A stretch of 39,220 nucleotides of DNA, filler included, from Cladosporium halotolerans (taxonomy: Eukaryota): the NCBI RefSeq assembly GCF_011745625.1. It is 2 parts of 2 records of this genome, joined end to end, with 100 filler letters (N's around TTAATTAATTAA, not from the genome) between each part and the next. Parts side by side here need not be neighbours in the genome. Positions count along the whole stretch, not along the records: positions 1 to 19,634 come from NW_027191548.1; 1 more part is not named here. One strand, given 5' to 3'. Shown one piece after another: positions 1-12,819 of this stretch (within the stretch, counting starts at the first letter, position 1; each line of letters opens with the position of its first letter). The position numbers were made by a program, and so were the translations under genes. The notes beneath the pieces are model-generated. The model did not search any database and was not told the origin of the DNA. It saw nothing but the letters and a program-made list of their open reading frames with translations.

Positions 1-94
1 GAATCTGATTATTCAGGTCCGAGCTCAATCAGGGACCTGATTGATTGATTACCTGATTGATTATCTGATTGAGAAAATCAAGATTCAAGATCTA
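1..94. mobile_element. Probable DNA-transposon terminus (hAT-like) at the contig edge, with TGATT/AATCA subterminal repeats
   Basis: Dense TGATT/AATCA repeats (ctgattgattgattacctgattgattatctgattgag) stop abruptly at ...attcaagatcta. The reverse strand reads TAGATCTTGAATC. Ser/Thr-rich coding-like sequence begins immediately after. Confidence 0.4.
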
Positions 95-1235
95 TGGGTC
101 TCGACCACAACTACCAGAGTAACAGAAAGCTCCACAGCCCTCAGCAACAATTTTGACACCATCGGGTCGACAAATTCTAGCTGGGCCGCTTCACCAACGC
201 GGAGCGAGGCCGGGCAGACCACCGGCAGCTCTAACGTTTCCCATCCAAACAACGCCACGTCATCTGAGACCTCTTCGGGCGATCGCTCCTCATCATCATC
301 CATAGCATCGTCAGAAACTTCGTCTACAGCTACTAGCAGTGTGAAATCCGCACAAAAGCCTTCGGGGACCCCAATGTTTGGCGCTGATCCATCGTGTTGG
401 GACGAAGCGGAATTTCCAGGGCACGCGCCCATTGACCCAGCGTTCGTGGACGATGCCGCGACTTACTACTGCGGTACCTTCGACGAAAATGAGCTGAGCT
501 CAAATTCCCCATCGATCAGCAAAAATTACCGCGCGGACAACTCTGTCAACTATCTGCTCAAGGTCGAGCGGAGACCAGGCTGCTCTGAGCAGGAAGCGGA
601 AGGCGAGTCCAAACGAAGCTGCCAGAGCCTTCTTATTGACACGTACTCGAAGTGCAATAACGGTGGAGTTGGCGGCTCGGTTGATGCTGGCTGCTTGAGG
701 TACTCATTTACAGGCGGTCTAGGCGACGATCAAGTCCCAGATCCTGAGCAGATACCATCAAGCGATGACGGAGGGGAGTCGGACGAAGACTCCACGTCTC
801 CACCTCAGTCCGGATCCGAGCCCGAACCTGACCCCATTCCAGAGTCAACGCCAGTCCCGACGCCGGAGTCGATTGTTACCCCATTGACGATTGAGCCTGT
901 GGTCTGTAACGACGGCAACTTCGACCACGACGATGTCCATCCCGTTATAGTGAAGGAAGGGAGCACCTTGGCATGCGCTGATTGTAGTGGCAATTTGGCA
1001 CCCGGCGAGTCGTCTGCGTGCGGAGACGGCCTTCAGAATCTGTCGTTCGAGGTGTCGTGGATCGACGGGTGTAGGACGACGGAGTCCTCACAGTCTGCGA
1101 AAGACCCGATAGGAGATGGAGGGCAAACTTGTGCTTCGTTGCTGCGATCAACATACGACGGGTGCAATAACGGCGGCGCTGCCGGATATGTGGAATGCTG
1201 GGTGCCTGAGGTACAATGTTACGGTAATGTATTGA
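95..1235 (+). pseudogene. 5'-truncated, frameshifted gene for an extracellular-type protein with a Ser/Thr-rich stalk and two Cys-rich repeat domains
   Basis: Two homologous domains (C..LL..TY..CNNGG..G.V.AGCLRY) are separated by a Pro/Glu linker. The second copy regains AGCLRY only if one base is removed at about 1194 (stop 1233-1235). No real ATG or signal peptide is present; the ORF start lies inside the terminal repeat. Confidence 0.6.
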
Positions 1236-1974
1236 TTTGGCGAATCGAGGATCAGGGCCTTGAGATCAAGGTGGTGGTTCTGAAGGTGAACCAGTAATGA
1301 ATCACACGTATGGCGCGTAAGAATTGAGGAAGTCTCATTGTTTCTGTCTCCTATGGCGGAAATACCTTGGAAGTCATCCAAGACAGACGTACGCCGTTCT
1401 GTGTGCCGTGTCCCGCGAGGGGTTAGGCTCGCATGACGAATTCTACAGAGGCGACGTGGTCATGATAGAGCACTGTCGAAAATACTCATCGGCGCGTGTG
1501 CGCCGCAGCTGGCTAGGCTGAGCGCCCGCATGGACAGTGCTTTGGTCTGTCGCGTGTCTGTGGCCTGCAAAATGAAGTGATGTTCGTGATATTTTTAGGT
1601 TGGCGGCGCGCGGCAAAGCGCCCCTTGTCTGGCGCGGCCTTCCCGCCCTTCCCCCAGACGCCCGGCACGCCGCCGCGACCTGCTTGGGCCAAAGGCGCCG
1701 ATCAGACGCCGCCGCAGACCATCCTCCATCCCTTCCCGCCGCCGTCTCGTCCTCCCCGGTATTGCCTACACCACTTCTTCCGCGACGCGACACCCCACCG
1801 CCAGTTGTCACATCGCTCCCTTGCCATTGCACTTCATCGCCTCGCCCGGACACGCGTCTGACGAGTCCGCGCCAGCCCCTGTACGTCACACAGGCGGACG
1901 CCTAATTCGCACCCACAGCTGGCATCTCACGCAACTGCCTCCCACCGTCCCTCGACACCCTCACACATCCCGCA

Positions 1975-3673
1975 ATGCACGTCCGAAGGCCCATACCGCT
2001 TGTGCTACTCCTGGCTGCGCCCTGCCTCGTCGCTGCCAAGGACAACCTCTCCAACGATGAGATCCTCGCACTGAATCGAGCAAAACCCCACAATGCCGCC
2101 GGAGCCGACATACCGGCAGACCCCAAGACCACCCAATCAGCAAGGCGATACGTCGGCACTGAAGATGCGCCGGTGGACGGTTTGGATGGGAAACCACACG
2201 CTGGTCCATTCGTCGAAATCACACCAGAAGAAGTCGCCAGCCTGACGGGAACAGCGTCCGCCACGGCGAAGAAGGCCTTGCCCACTTCGTTGGAAAAGTT
2301 TGTGGACCCGAGCCTGGACAACGAGGGGTGGAAATTGAAGGATATTCCCGAAAAGAATGATGGCGTGATGAATGATGAATCCAGACCCAAGCCGAAGAAG
2401 GGAACCACCGGCACCGAGGGCGGTGTCAGCGAAAAGGACAAGGCGAAGCTTGCCAAGGGCGGGAATGTCGAGAACAAGCCACAATCGCCTGCGGAGGCGC
2501 CCCCACTTCCTCACAGTGAGCAGGAGGGGATGGAAGCCAAGGGAGAGCCGGTAGATGGCAAGGCGAAATCAGCAAAGGAAGAGAAGGATACCGACAAGGG
2601 AGAGACACAAAAGAAGGGTGGAGAATATGGCGCCGGCGGCTACGGGTTGGAGAAGCCTGCCGACCTCCCGGACAAGCCACACAACATCCCCCACCCAGAA
2701 CCCAAGGCTGGTGGGAGCAAGGAATCCTCTAATGAACCCTGGCTTCAGGAGACACTTCCCTACACCGAGGGCAGCACGAACCCGAAGAAGACGACTGCGC
2801 AACAACAGACCTCATCAGGAGCATCTTCGATTGAGGATCACGAAACCTGGCACGAGTGGTTCCATTCTTTCGTCGTGTCCTTCACAATGATCATTTTCAC
2901 AGAGATTGGCGACAAGACCTTCCTCGTTGCGGCCCTCATGGCTATGCGTCACGATCGCCTGGTCGTCTTTACCGCTGCTCTGTCCGCTCTTGCTGCCATG
3001 ACCGTGCTCTCCGCTGTCCTCGGCCACATCGCTCCCACGCTCCTCCCCAAGCGCCTCACGACGTTCGCTGCTGCCGTGCTGTTCCTCATCTTTGGTGCTA
3101 AGATGCTGCGCGAAGGCCTTGAAATGGAGCACGACGCCGGTGTCGGCGAGGAAATGCGTGAGGTCGAGGAAGAGCTGGAAGAGAAGGAACACCACCTTGC
3201 GCGCCGTTCTTCGCGCAAAGACTCCAACCCGCACATCCTCGAATCCGGTCGCCGTTCGCCCTCGCCCAGCCCCAGCCGATCAAAAGACCACGGCAACTCT
3301 CTTTCTGGGCTTTCCAATCTACTCTCTCTTGTTCTTTCCCCTGCCTGGGTGCAGACCTTCATTATGACTTTCCTCGGCGAATGGGGCGACCGCAGTCAGA
3401 TTGCGACTATTGCCATGGCCGCAGGCCAGGATTACTGGTGGGTGACGCTGGGCGCCATCTCCGGACATGCATGCTGCACAGGCCTTGCTGTCCTTGGCGG
3501 TAGAGCTCTAGCTGGCAAAGTGAGCATGAGAGTTGGTGAGTTTGGCCCGCTTCGTTTCTTGTCATTTCCCATGATAATAACTAACACAAATCTTTATAGT
3601 CACTATCGGCGGAGCCCTCGCTTTTCTCGTATTCGGCGTTCTTTATCTCTGGGAAGCTTACTTCGAGGCTTAA
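1975..3673 (+). CDS. GDT1: GDT1/TMEM165 (UPF0016) Ca2+/Mn2+ transporter with signal peptide and long N-terminal extension
   Basis: Both family motifs are present (EIGDKT, EWGDRSQ). Intron 3536-3599 (GTGAGT...CTAAC...TAG) gives the final helix VTIGGALAFLVFGVLYLWEAYFEA*. Confidence 0.93.
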
Positions 3674-4422
3674 GCGAACGCCTTACCGCCCCTAAACCGC
3701 ACCGGTAATACCTCCCGGGACGCCTACTTTCGATGTCGGGATCTTCTCTAAACGCTTATTGTGCTGTTTCTCAGCAAGCGAGCGATTGTCAAAATATTAC
3801 CTTCTCCGCTGTATCATAATTCTTACCTCATCGGCACCTTCATGTCTCTTCTCGCGATGTGTAATTTCTTGACAAGAAAACTCTATTAATACACGAACTT
3901 CATCAGCTACGACTGTTTGGTTGCGCTGTAAGGCTGTTCAATAAGAGCCACTGCTTCTTGTTCATCTCTTCTTTCTTTTTGGTTAGGTCCAAGGCCGACA
4001 GCCGGTCTGGATATTGAGAGGGGATCTAATCAGATGTGTGGCAGACATCTGTGTGAGAAGGGCTCGGAAAATTACGAAGATGGGGCCACTCTGCTGGTAT
4101 CGAGTATCCTGGAAGACTGCATATCAGAGACAAAAGCTTTCCGAAGCCCTCCCATGACCCAGTCAAGACGGATGTTTGGACTGGTTGTGAGCGTCCCATC
4201 AATATCCAAACACTACTGTATACCCGGTGGCCCAGAAACAGCAGCACAATCATGCTCATCTTGCAAAAAGTGTCCGCACCCAGTATCGATTGAATTTATT
4301 CGGCGTAAACACGTCTCGGACTACATTACCGGTCGCCAGCCCGGTTTCAAGCTTGATAACTCCGAAGTATGATCTCTCCATTTTAAGCTTACATGAAGGT
4401 ACAAGATGAACTCATGGAACGA

Positions 4423-4956
4423 TCAAAAGGTTACGGCATTCGCGTCAATCGGTAAAAGATTGCCCTTCCCCTTAAAGCTCTCAAGAATCTTAGCTTGCTC
4501 CGTAAGCATGAAGCGATCAGTCTGAGTGCCGATCTTGGCGAGATGTCTCCACCGCGTAAAGTCCTCTGCTTTGCGCTTGTCGCCATGCGCTTCCTCAGCA
4601 TGCTCCCAATGGCCCTGGGAGAACCCGAGCAGGGTCGATATCGTCTGGTTTGGGATATCGTATACCAGTGAGCAGATCGTGCCGGTCTCCTCGAGCCAGT
4701 TGCACTGCCAGATCTCGCCGGGCCGGATGCATTGGAAAGTGCATGTTTGGTAGTTGATGCGACCTGACATTGGGCCTCCGTGGATGGCGTAGACTATGCG
4801 GTTTTCAGAGAAGAACCACATCTCGTATCGCCATTTCTCGGGCTTGCCGTCGGCGTCCTCAGCGTCATAGTCGTATATGAGGTGAGTGTCTCGGATGTCC
4901 CTGTCGAAGGAAGGGTGCAAAGGAGTGTTGGTCTTGAAAGCGGGGAGCTTTGACAT
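4423..4956 (-). CDS. Cofactor-free phenolic acid decarboxylase (PadC-type, calycin fold)
   Basis: Intronless 177 aa from ATG 4956. Motifs HLIYDYD, WRYEMW, YAIHGGPMSGR and WLEETGT retain the Tyr-Tyr/Arg/Glu catalytic set. Confidence 0.85.
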   Translation of the reverse strand: MSKLPAFKTNTPLHPSFDRDIRDTHLIYDYDAEDADGKPEKWRYEMWFFSENRIVYAIHGGPMSGRINYQTCTFQCIRPGEIWQCNWLEETGTICSLVYDIPNQTISTLLGFSQGHWEHAEEAHGDKRKAEDFTRWRHLAKIGTQTDRFMLTEQAKILESFKGKGNLLPIDANAVTF

Positions 4957-5584
4957 TGTGAATGAGAAATGCGACAGAGTAGACAGAGGCTTGGATGGTG
5001 AGGTTGCGTGACAAGGAAGCATTCGATGAAAGATGGTTAATCGTGGCCTTATATGCTGAACTCTCATCTAGGTTCTACCTTTTCCGAGTACAATCTCCAC
5101 TCGTCGCGAGCGGGAGGTTAATCCGGGACGCAGCGGATGATGAAGTCTGTTTTCGTTCAGACATCTACCCAGATTTTGGAAGATCGAGTCAAGCCCATGT
5201 ATCATTTCTTGGGGACTTTGGTGATCTGCCGAGGCTTGTCAAGCTTTTCGGCCTGAATATGTTTCTGACATTGTGTCCCGTGTAGCCAATGGTGACATAT
5301 CTTGCTGACTTGCTGCGTCAATTGTAGTAGAACAGCGTGTAAGTCTTCCTACATACGTCATGCGCCGATAAGCAGGGTCTGGCCAAGGGCCGGTATAACA
5401 TGCTAGTATTATAGCCCCGGCAGTCATCCCGGCAAAATGTTGGCGCCTTCGTGCCCCAGACGATAGTTCGGAAGCATACGTCATCGCGAGACACACTCCC
5501 GAGATACGTACATACAGCAAGCTCCTCGCGACGTCGTCTCTCAAATGCTACTGTCGAAGCAATCTGTCCAGGTTTTCACTTGCA

Positions 5585-6216
5585 ATGGCTTCACAATCGA
5601 GCACAGCTGAGCCTCGAAGCCGGATAGCGTCCGACGTCAAGTTGCCAACCCCCAGCTTGGAATTGGACTTCCGGATTTGTGTCCAGCTGAATCCTATCTT
5701 GTCAGTGGGTGAAGGACCATGGGGTAGACGAAATTGGATCAGCTTCAAAGGGGGCCAGTGGAGCGCAAAATGGGGCCAGGGAACAGTTGAAGTAAACGGT
5801 CCAATTACCATCCGATGCGAGCGCGCCTGACTTTGTCTAGCCTGGTGGTCAGGATTCACAACTCGTGAACCCTGACTCGCTGCATACTTTTGTAACGACA
5901 AACTACCTACTGCGGACAGATGACGAGTCTCCGGCTTTCATCACCGTGCAAACCACAGGATGGCGGACTGGTCCGCGAGAGGTGATGCAGCGGCTTTTCG
6001 ATCCCAACCAAGCTAACAGTGTCGATCCGAGCGAATACTCATTTCGTTTGTCAATCAAGCTTGAGACAGGGGATGAGCGATACAAAGATAAGGTGAACAG
6101 TGCTTTGTGGATTGGTAGCGGCGCAAGGACGGGCTCTGAAGGTCAGTATGCCTCTTTGGATACCCGTGCGTGACTGACGTTGATCAGTGATATACGACGC
6201 CTACCGTGTGCTATAG
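5585..6216 (+). CDS. DUF3237 (UPF0311) beta-barrel protein
   Basis: Motifs GPWGRRNWISFKGG, PGGQD, YLLRTDD, GWRTG, LETGDERY, VIYDAYRV. Introns 5792-5840 and 6142-6187 join three exons in frame. Confidence 0.85.
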
Positions 6217-6401
6217 AACACGTAAAGGAGATTGGCATGGCATCGGCACTCTGTATTCTGCATCGTTGGAGTCATCCTTCCAGAAAGTCAAGTTTGGTGC
6301 GTAAGCTTGTATATACCTAGCAAATCAAGCAAACCAAGCAACTCCATCTCGAACATGATTAAAAGGGCGATAGGGACATCTGGTCATCTCTCCGTCCGTG
6401 G

Positions 6402-7355
6402 TCAATGTTGTAACTCTGGCGTCGTGTCTTTGGGTTGCTTTCTTTTCCTTCGTATCAAGAGCCAAGCGAGGCCTCCAATCAGTAAAGCCCCTCCGACTGC
6501 ACCACCTACGCCACCACCGATCGCAGCTGCGTTGTAACTTTCTGGGGCTGGACTGGGAGATGCTATATTCGTGGTTGTGATAGATTGAGAGGCTGTTGAA
6601 GAGATTGCAGATGATTGAGAAGGCGAAGTTGGCGGTGTAGTGGTCGACTCGGTGCTAAGAGATGACATTTCCCGGGAGGTAGCTGCGACCATGACACTGT
6701 CGCTAGACGCAGTTGATACTGTGCTTGTCGCTGCGGTATCGAGATTGGGAAAGGCCCAAACATCGTAGGATGAGCTTGCACAGAAGAATGAGCTGTAGGT
6801 CTCAAATGTTCCGCTAGATTGAGCAATTTGAATCGACATAGTTGCACACATTTTAGCGCTTCCTCCACTGTGACATGTTAGAATCTCAGCAATCAATGAA
6901 TTTAGAAACAATCACCAAAAGAGGGAACGGGCACTGTAAATAGGTACTGCGTAGGTGTAGCTGTGGTTATTCCAGGGAACACAAGTTGATTGCCATTGAC
7001 AAACGTCTTCGAAATCGTTTTGTGGGCAACACAAAGGACCGATATTGGAGGAACCATACTGTGTGTAAGCACAATTGGAGCCCGTCGGACACGTCCATGA
7101 AAGATTCGGGCCTCCGTTTCGGAAAGCGCAAGTCTCGGGACCTTCATCCTCTTGCCGTATTTTCAAGAAGCTTTTTGCTGTTACGGTAGGTGGGGATTCC
7201 GAAGGCTCCACGCTTTGCGGCGGAAGCACCGACGTGAGAGGAGCGGCGAGGCTGGGTAACAGCCCAGGCTCTTGCAAGGCGCTGGCCACCAATGTCATGA
7301 CGTGTAACACGACCACCACAAGAGGAATGAGCCTAGGCGAAATGTAGAAGATCAT
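6402..7355 (-). CDS. Type I single-pass membrane protein (signal peptide, Cys-rich domain, Ser/Thr stalk, TM helix); Mid2/Wsc-sensor-like layout
   Basis: Hydrophobic N-terminus. Intron 6868-6915 joins ...SLFC-GGSAKMC. TM segment AIGGGVGGAVGGALLIGGLAWLLI is followed by RRKRK. Confidence 0.75.
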
Positions 7356-8656
7356 CGGACGTGGTCTTTTGTGGTATGGAAACTGGGAATGGTTGCGGAT
7401 TTGACAAGACTGGGGCTCAAAATGACAATGTAGGCAGATGCTACTTATGAGCCCTCGTGAGCAAGCAAACCACGCGGCTGAAAGCGAGAGGCACATCCGA
7501 CCATTGAGAACCTAGAGGCGGGAGCAAAGTCATTCCGTTTCGATAATGCTCTTGCCCACGCCATAGGTCAAGCTGCAAGCCACTTGAGCAATCTCCAGAA
7601 TCAGACGAGGCTGCAGAGCGCAATATGTGGGCTCAATTCAGCCTTGCTTTACCTGGGATTAGTATTCGTCGGCGAGTCTTGGCTTGTAGTGAGCTTTATC
7701 AATGCTGCATGATTAGGCGAAACAGACAGAGTGATAGGCTTAGTTCTGATCATCTTACTCGCACGCCTCCGACGACTTTGTGGTGCGTGTGTCGGAGGGC
7801 TTGCAGCCTGCTGGTTTTCAATAGTCAGCTCAACACGAAGACATGTGACAATGAAGCCGCAGGAGCTATGTATAGCCTAATTCGTCGCCTTAACCATGGG
7901 ACTGGGCACTGCATTGACGTTTCAAGAGGTCGTAGGACAAGAATATCGCCATATCAGCCCTCAGCCGTCTCGGCAACTCAGCTCGAATGTTGCGTAATTC
8001 ACAGGACCGGTGAGGGCGACAAAGGCAACCTATGAGTGTCGGTAACAGCTTTCGCGATTGACGTTCGTGTGCAGGCCCCATGCACGTCTTTACGGATAGC
8101 CAGCCTTGAAGGGGCTGCAAGTTTGCATTGATGCTCCGCTTGGTAGCAGTCCAAGGTCCAGGTGCGGCTGCGAGGCTGCGGCGCGGGGGTTCCTTATTGA
8201 TTTTTCCTCTCAAGTCGATGCAGACCAGATCTGATGGAGTATGACATGCAAGTATTCGGAAATAAACTAGCGCAAATGTGGAACAGCTCGAACACCGAGT
8301 TCGCGGAGTGCATTGTCGCAACAAGACAATTTCAAGATGCAAGCGGGTCGAAGCAAGGCGTTTGAAGCTCACACGAGGACTGCAAAAGTCATCAGAGACC
8401 CTTTTCGCCAACGATAATAGTTGCACCAGGGGTTTTGGAGGTACCGCTGAGCCTTGTCGTTACTCAGAACGTGCTGAGTATGCACAGCCGGGTCAGTTAA
8501 GCAGGGTACGGTCGCATGCGATGGCAGCCGAAATTTCATTTTCGCCTTTGCTCTATCTATCACAAAAGCGCGCTCTATAGTTGCTTCCAACATGCACCTG
8601 GCGCCGTGGAAAGGTTCCAACAGCACATCACCTAATCTTCATGATTGTGCCGCTCT

Positions 8657-10947
8657 TTACATCGTTATCGCCCTCGCCAAATTTCGCCCGTCGGACGACT
8701 GCGCCGGTTTCTCGGTCTCATTATCTGCACCTCCGATCAATTCGTCCGACGGCAACATAACAGCATGATCCAGTGCGTAAGGTAGCCCACGATGTCTGCC
8801 GCGCCACATCATCGCACAGATGACCACCTTGCTGAAGACCGTGAAATCTCCGGAAAGACTCGTCAGCGTCGAATTTGTACCCAGACTCAACCCTACATTG
8901 CCGTATGCGCTCACGCACTCGAACATGACCGCGAAGACGTTGAAAGCCGCATTCTCAGGGTCCATAATGGGTTTCGACTCGGCGATGCAGATGCAGAAAG
9001 TACCGAGGAAAATGTACCACAGGTCGAAGCTGAGCTGGTTGCGTATGTGCTGCATCAGGTACGAAGTCATGGGTTGATCGTCGCCGGGGTCTGCGTTGTC
9101 GGCGTATTTGCCGAGCGCAGTGTCTTCGTATGTGTTGCTACCACGCACGCTCATGGCAATCGGGTAGACTGCGATGTACATCATTGTGAGCAGGCTGAAC
9201 TGTACAGCCGGGTTCACTTTGGCCAGGTTGAAGGTCGCTGTGCCGGTGTGACGGGCGCTGGCTGCTTGGAAGGCTGCTGCGTTGAGACGCGCGGCGATAG
9301 GCAATGAGGCGACCTCGGGGTTATCGAGGTCGAGTACTATTATCAGAAGCACGTCGACAAAGTTGAGGACGAAGAGGATCGCGAACAGAATCCAAGTGGT
9401 GTTGCTGGGGAAAAGGATCGTGTAGCAGCGTCGAGGGTGATCGAGGAGAAAGCGCAGCGATTCTTGGAGAGAGCTCTTCTTAGATGCCAACTTGTGGAAA
9501 CTCCAAATGATGAACCGCAGAATGATAGGGTGACACGTATTGCCAGCGAATGCGAGAAAAGTCAGAAGCACCATGGGCCAAGCCGCATCTCTGAAACTGA
9601 TCATGCTGTCCGCGGTCAAGGTGAAACCGCAGTTGCTGATCATGGTCTCTGCAGAGTAGAATGCCCACCAGACTGGGTTTGCGCCCTGAGTATCGAGATA
9701 CTCTCGATACTTTGGATCGGAATGTAGGATCCAGGGAGTAAGGCCAATGTAGCCGAGGATGTGCAAGCCAGCATACAACCCAATGATGATTTTCAGCAGC
9801 AGCTTCAGACTCCGGTATTCGATGCCACCAAGCTCTTCGCGATCTTGTGCATTCAAGCCAGTGAAGTTTGAATTCTTGCCGACAGTGACGGAGGCGGAAA
9901 GCTGAGGCAAGTTCCCCAGAGCCAACTCATTTTGAGATCGAGACACGGTTGACATGCGTCTGGCTCTTGGCTGGCTTCCGAAGACGAAGGCACCTTCTAG
10001 GAGGCCCACTGGGGAGACGCTGTGCTGGACTGCCTCTCGTGCTTTTTGAGATGTCGACCGCCGTCTCTTCGAGAATTCATTGCCTACTTGCTCGCTGCGA
10101 GTCCTCCGTGGAGGGTCTGGGATAATGTCGTCATCATCGATGGCTGTGTTATTGCTGACGGACCTGACCAGATCAAAATCGGCTCCTGCTTTCAAGTCAG
10201 AACTGGTGACTGAATCAAATATATCACGAGCGAGACTCACCTTGTTCCCGAGCTAAAGGCGGGGGTATGCGAAGTGCCTTACCCTGTCCCACATCCTTTG
10301 CCCAAGCGATGTGCCCACGCTTCTCAGTATCCTCAGCTACCGAGGCGTCGGGCGTTTTGTCGTGATCGTCGACCTTTCCGGTACTGGGAACACGCGAGTC
10401 GTGCTCAGCGAAAGAGCCGACAGGTCCGTCTTGCAGTTCCACATCCTTTGACGCATCTTCGGAATAGATTTTGGGCGTCCTGCGGTCCTTCAAAACACGT
10501 GGACCTAGCGAGGCATAAGTACGAAGGCACAGACACAACTGAGCAAGGGGAGGACCCACTTATTTCGCGAAACCGCTTCTCGAAATACCAGATGCGAATG
10601 ACAACAACCAGGATGTTGACAGTCGCGAGGTTCGTGAGGATGGGGAAAAAGTAGATGACCAACTGCTGCGCCAACTTGAGGTCCTTCACGTCCACAGTGT
10701 TCAGGCCAGACTCGGTGCTGCCGCTGACGGCAAAGAAGAAGGCATCGATGGCTGACAGGTTGCCGAAGCAGCCCAGGATCAAGAAGGCGATCAGCGAACA
10801 GCCGATGATGTAGGCATCTGCAAAAAGTGTTAGGACGCGGTAGGAGCAGTGGCGCACAGGACATTCCCGGCGCAAGGTGGTGACTTAACAATGGAGAGAG
10901 ATGAAGTCGAGGCGGATGCGACGTGGGAGGAAGCGAATGCGAGGCAT
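8657..10947 (-). CDS. TRK: Trk/HKT family potassium transporter
   Basis: Pore-loop motifs SGSTESGLNT, SNCGFTL, SARHTG and SAYGNVGLSLG, plus GGIEYRSL and RGRHRGLP. Introns 10818-10889, 10505-10559 and 10186-10240 give a continuous frame from ATG 10947. Confidence 0.92.
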
Positions 10948-11541
10948 GTCCAAAGGTGTGCGATGGGACGGACGCCAGACGAAGACGCTGAAAATTGTCG
11001 CAATAAGTGTAAGGTAAGGTATGTTCTGGAGGGGAGACGGTGGACGCGGCTGAAGTGCTTTCCCACGCGTTTGGTAACCTGGACCCTTGAAATGGCGCTG
11101 GCAGCAGGACAGCTGAGGCAGGTTTCAGGCCAGCTGAGCGATTATGAAGGGCTGGATAAATCGCGCACGCTAGCCGCCAGACACAAAAATCGCTCATGCT
11201 GCGCCGCCCTCTCAACCACCAACCACGCAGCTACACCGACCTCGGTACTGATCATCTGCTCGAAATCATCTTGTGCGTTCCACGTGGGATACATCACTAC
11301 CATAGCGTGGCGACCACGAGACAGTCTCGCATGTGATGAAGTGGGTCCTGTGGGCTTGCCGCTTGCACGAAGGCAGTGCATCGTCAATGATTGTGTCAAG
11401 ATCGCAAATTTCCCAACAAAGCTAGAAAGCCAATCCATCAGTCATTGCTCATGGTCCCTATACCGCAAAGCACTTCCGGTGCCCGGGTCGTGCCAGGTGC
11501 GGTGTATCTCGCGCTCCCTCTGGCCCACATCCCGCAATGCC

Positions 11542-12360
11542 TCAACGCATCTCCCTCCACGGTTCAAGCGCATCATGAATCCTCGCCCAAAGCCCACCGT
11601 GCCAGCTTCTCACCCTCGCCAGATCCTCCTTCGGCATACTCTCCGCCATGTGCCCTAGCCACGCGCCCACAATGAAATCCGCGTACGCCGGCCCATCGCC
11701 GTCCAGCCAAGGACCGACCTCCTCACGCCCTTGGTTCTGTGCCTGCTCCGCCGCCGTCCCCGACGGTCGCCACACGTAGTCTGTCGTGCCGCCAACGTGC
11801 CGGTAGGCTTTGGCGAACTCCCCAAGCGCGTGCTCGAATTCGACGAACATTGCTTCTCGCGCGGAGGCACTCATTTTCATGGAATCAAGATCCTTGAGGC
11901 CAAAACGCGCAGCGAAGATCTTGTTGATCCGGTCCTTGCTCTCCGGTGGAAAAGGCATGGAGTCGCTGAGCGCCACATACTTCGTGAACAGCCCGTCCAC
12001 GCGCGAGTTGAGGGCTGCCGTGAGGCCCACTGTCCCTGGACGGAAGAGTTGTGGGCCGTCCGGATACGTCTTGTCCAAGTAGAGGGCGATCTCGAAGGAG
12101 TCACCGATAACGGAGCCCGTGAACTGGTCGTGGATGAGGGGCAGGGTGTGGTATGCTGAGCCGTCAGGCAGCGTGCGGTTGGCGGGCGCGTTGAGTTTGA
12201 GGCGGGCTTCAGCAATGTCGGGCATGTCGATTGCATGCGTGCGATACGCGACTTTCTTGAAATTCAAAGCATAGCGGGTCTTGAATGGGTTGGGCGCGAA
12301 GGTCCGAAGTGGCGCGTTCGAGGCAATGTCGTAGAAGACGATTTGGCTGTCGGTAGACAT
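11542..12360 (-). CDS. Glutathione S-transferase-like protein (fungal UstS/LigE-like class)
   Basis: Motifs IVFYDI...FAPNPFKTRYALNFK, TLPLIHD, IGDSFEIALYLDKTYP, PAYADFIVGAWL. Confidence 0.85.
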   Translation of the reverse strand: MSTDSQIVFYDIASNAPLRTFAPNPFKTRYALNFKKVAYRTHAIDMPDIAEARLKLNAPANRTLPDGSAYHTLPLIHDQFTGSVIGDSFEIALYLDKTYPDGPQLFRPGTVGLTAALNSRVDGLFTKYVALSDSMPFPPESKDRINKIFAARFGLKDLDSMKMSASAREAMFVEFEHALGEFAKAYRHVGGTTDYVWRPSGTAAEQAQNQGREEVGPWLDGDGPAYADFIVGAWLGHMAESMPKEDLARVRSWHGGLWARIHDALEPWREMR

Positions 12361-12819
12361 TGTGGTAAGCTGGACCGGTGAGATAACAAATCAAGAAAGA
12401 TTCTCTTGTCTTAGGCGCAATTGCTCCGATTTTATAGCGTGTCTGGCATTATCGCAGCGTCGCAGTGTTATGAGCCATTCTCACGACAGCTTAGCTGTTT
12501 TGACAACTGACGCCAGGTGTTCGTTCATTCGTTCGTCCAACAACTGGGCCCCGCTTGGCTGCAGCGTGCCGAGGCGTGCGAGGGTCTTGCGCAAGACCCA
12601 TAAAACGTCTCGCGCCAAGTTTAGGTAGGTAGGATGCGGCCTCACAATACATCATGCACGTGTTTTCTTCACGGATCGGAAGGCGAAATGACAGGGCTTC
12701 AAATGCATCATGGTTTGATTGAGTTTCGCTTCTCTAGCTAGGTAGTACCCTACCTTCACGCTATTTCTTCAGGGCACTCAAGCGACAGCGCTTCCCATTC
12801 GTGTGTGGATGTTTCGTCT

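Noticed and set aside
1324..1974. Several overlapping ORFs upstream of GDT1
   Set aside because: GC-rich promoter/5' UTR with few stop codons; the translations are low-complexity Arg/Pro/Gly.
7500..8640. ORFs of 85-178 aa between the membrane-protein gene and Trk
   Set aside because: No motif or consistent exon structure found.
10849..11658. 269-aa plus-strand ORF
   Set aside because: Overlaps Trk exon 1 and the GST 3' end in antisense, and has no recognisable domain.
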